Source of the DNA: an uncultured bacterium
GTDB taxonomy: Bacteria > Ratteibacteria > UBA8468 > B48-G9 > JAFGKM01
Assembly (NCBI GenBank): GCA_964403465.1
Contig: CAYOFY010000001.1
Location: forward strand, 1-58,592
Length of the DNA: 58,592 nucleotides
Reading direction: 5' to 3'
The position numbers were made by a program, and so were the translations under genes. A model generated the notes under the pieces. That model was not told the DNA's origin. It saw only the letters and a list, made by a program, of their open reading frames with translations, and did no database searches. Shown in pieces: positions 56,543 to 58,592 of the stretch. The number at the start of each line of letters is the position of its first letter. The stretch's first letter is position 1.

Positions 56543-57163
56543 ATGGAAAACATAACATGGCTGGGGCATTCAAGCATTCTCATAGAGAAGGAAGGACATA
56601 ATATCTATATTGACCCATGGAAGATTAAGACAGGAGGTAATAAAGCAGATATTATTCTCATTACGCATTCTCACCACGATCACTTCAGTCCCGAAGATAT
56701 TAATAAAATAACAGGAAAGGATACTGTGATTGCGGGTCCGTCCGATACTCTGGAGAAAATTCAGGTTGGAGATAAACGGCCTTTTGTCCCAGGAAATGAG
56801 GCAGACCTCGGCTGGGTGAAAATTGCCGGTGTTCCCGCCTACAACGTGAACAAATCTTTTCATCCGAAGGCAAACATGTGGCTGGGATTTCTCATAAAGT
56901 TTCCCGAGGCATCAATCTATATCGCAGGTGATACGGATTTCATCCCTGAAATGAACCAGATCAGGGCGGATATTGCAATCCTTCCTGTAGGGGGAACCTA
57001 TACAATGGATGCAGAAGAGGCGGCACATGCGGTAAACATCATCCATCCCGGGGTGGCAATACCAGTGCACTTCGGGGATACTGTTGGCTCAAAAGCAGAT
57101 GCAGAAAAGTTTGCATCTCTTGTAAAATCGGCCCAGGTAAAAATCCTCTCTCCTGAAAGGTGA
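56543..57163 (+). CDS. metallo-beta-lactamase-fold hydrolase
   Basis: 'DIILITHSHHDHF' (HxHxDH motif), 'IAGDTDF' and 'AIPVHFG'. Confidence 0.85.
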   Translation: MENITWLGHSSILIEKEGHNIYIDPWKIKTGGNKADIILITHSHHDHFSPEDINKITGKDTVIAGPSDTLEKIQVGDKRPFVPGNEADLGWVKIAGVPAYNVNKSFHPKANMWLGFLIKFPEASIYIAGDTDFIPEMNQIRADIAILPVGGTYTMDAEEAAHAVNIIHPGVAIPVHFGDTVGSKADAEKFASLVKSAQVKILSPER

Positions 57164-57181
57164 CAATATCCAGGGACAGGG

Positions 57182-58561
57182 CTATTCCCTGCAACCCCGG
57201 TCTTTTTGAAACACTTCTCCGCCCTTCCCTCTTTCTGATATCCCTCTCTCCGAGGATATCTCGCTTCCTTGCGTAACATCTGATGCCCACTCTATCTTCC
57301 TCCCGAGAGAGAGTTTCGTTTCACCGGGATAGGAACGATCTTTTTCGCGGTCCCCCGATTTGTTTTTTAATGCCCCTTCAATCTTTCCTGTCAGGGATCT
57401 ATCTGCAAATTTTTCTTTAGACGGAGAGGTTTGAGTATTTTCCCTGTCAGGGTCTGTCCGACGAGATTCTGTATCCTTGTTGTCACGCTCAACTCTGGGA
57501 TAAAAGACCCCGGACTTCTCTTTTGCTATTGCAGGAGAAGTCTTTTCTGAAGCATCGGGATGAGAGTTTTCTTTCTCCTTCTTTGCCAGCTGAGATTCTT
57601 TGACCCTATTGTATTCTATCCCAGAATGTGATGTATCTGCTGCCTTTCCTGAAGCATAATCCCCCTTCTCGGAACCTTTCCGTATGAGGTCTGGCGGATT
57701 CTGTTCAAATCGTTCACGCGTTTCCCTGTCCCTGTAATTAACACCTCTCCTGTGATATGGGTCATGATGCCAGTATGAATCATCGTCCCGGCAGACAAAG
57801 TGTCTGTGGTACCGACCTGCATCGTTGATTACTATGTAGATACGGAAAACCGGCCAGTCAAACCATGTCCACGAGAACCAGCCTATGCTTATGAAAACTG
57901 GCGGGTCGAAAAACACATAGGTTGTCCTGAAAGCGAAGCTGTCAGGATAGTACCAGTAATATGGTTTGTGAGAAGTGTAGCGCCACGCGCCATATACGAA
58001 CAGAGGGTTGTATATCGGAACGTATACCACATTGGAGATAGCCGGTTCGATTCTTATTATCCTGCTCTCGAACACGACTTTCTGTTCTTTTGTTGTCTTT
58101 AGATTCCCGTTCTCATACGCCCTGTTGCGCAATTCCTGGACGGTATTCATAACATCTTCTTCCTGGCTCAGGAATGCATCTCCAAGTCTTCTTGTCTGTT
58201 CAATCCTGTCGCTCAGGGCAAAGAGAACATCGGGAAAATTGCAAAGCGATTTAACGCTTGTATCCCAGTCTTTCTCCGGAAGGGCGCTGTACAGCGCATC
58301 GCCTTCCAACCCCTTGTTCATGCGCAGCCACCGTTCTGCCTCGACAATCTCAAGCGGATAGGTTGATGCCATCAGTACCTGGGCAAGCAGGGAATCAGGA
58401 TAAAGGGCAATCGGGGCCAGCATCTGCTCAAGTTCTTCTTTGCTGAACCTGTCGTCCTGACCTGTTGCTGCGGAAGCCAGTACCGGCGTTGCTGACAGAA
58501 TCACAAGTAGCGAAAAAGCAATAAGAACAATATTTCGTACAGCAATCCGTATAGTCTTCAT
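57182..58561 (-). CDS. secreted DUF3300-domain protein with long charged C-terminal region
   Basis: Signal peptide 'IVLIAFSLLVILSATPVLASA'. 'LEQMLAPIALYPDSLLAQVLMASTYPLEIVEAERWL' is the DUF3300 signature. Confidence 0.75.
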   Translation of the reverse strand: MKTIRIAVRNIVLIAFSLLVILSATPVLASAATGQDDRFSKEELEQMLAPIALYPDSLLAQVLMASTYPLEIVEAERWLRMNKGLEGDALYSALPEKDWDTSVKSLCNFPDVLFALSDRIEQTRRLGDAFLSQEEDVMNTVQELRNRAYENGNLKTTKEQKVVFESRIIRIEPAISNVVYVPIYNPLFVYGAWRYTSHKPYYWYYPDSFAFRTTYVFFDPPVFISIGWFSWTWFDWPVFRIYIVINDAGRYHRHFVCRDDDSYWHHDPYHRRGVNYRDRETRERFEQNPPDLIRKGSEKGDYASGKAADTSHSGIEYNRVKESQLAKKEKENSHPDASEKTSPAIAKEKSGVFYPRVERDNKDTESRRTDPDRENTQTSPSKEKFADRSLTGKIEGALKNKSGDREKDRSYPGETKLSLGRKIEWASDVTQGSEISSERGISERGKGGEVFQKDRGCRE

Positions 58562-58592
58562 GGCATTTCACCTCCTTCTCTTTTCCTATTAT

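Overview
This is a 58.6-kb bacterial chromosomal segment, densely coded and mostly housekeeping. Recognisable genes include:
- Replication and recombination: ligA and a xerC/D-type recombinase.
- Aromatic amino-acid genes: a divergent cluster aroC-aroA <> aroB-pheA-DAHP synthase, plus aroE further along.
- Translation: trpS, leuS, rpsB-tsf and tRNA-Leu(CAA).
- Biosynthesis and central metabolism: hisC, pdxJ, ppdK, ribF, argH-lysA and apbE.
- Phosphate uptake: PiT with its DUF47 partner.

Accessory or unusual content, in order along the window:
1. A family of REP/MITE-like 'GTCAT...' hairpin repeats fills at least seven intergenic regions. A decayed RAYT-like (IS200-like Y1) transposase pseudogene lies inside a 1.1-kb gene-free stretch.
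2. Nine A[C/G]TT boxes sit in perfect 8-bp phase between the ppdK stop codon and its terminator. No annotated feature explains them.
3. An ECF sigma/anti-sigma pair is followed by two secreted vWA proteins. The same GGAACTT-N16-TCTAA promoter motif precedes both units, and a MITE-like element is inserted in the second 5' UTR.
4. An AT-rich islet carries a single-HKD PLD nuclease-like gene and a wHTH-MNT/HEPN pair. The pair is driven by a consensus promoter carrying two 19-bp palindromic operators.
5. A Soj-like ParA is translationally coupled to a small ribbon-helix-helix-like partner instead of a ParB.
6. Two domain fusions are present: nucleotidyltransferase + GHMP sugar kinase, and macro + Nudix.
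7. tRNA-Leu is followed by two tandem partial copies of its own 3' end.

I saw no CRISPR array, rRNA gene, intact transposase or prophage. All protein calls rest on motif recognition by eye; I ran no database search.
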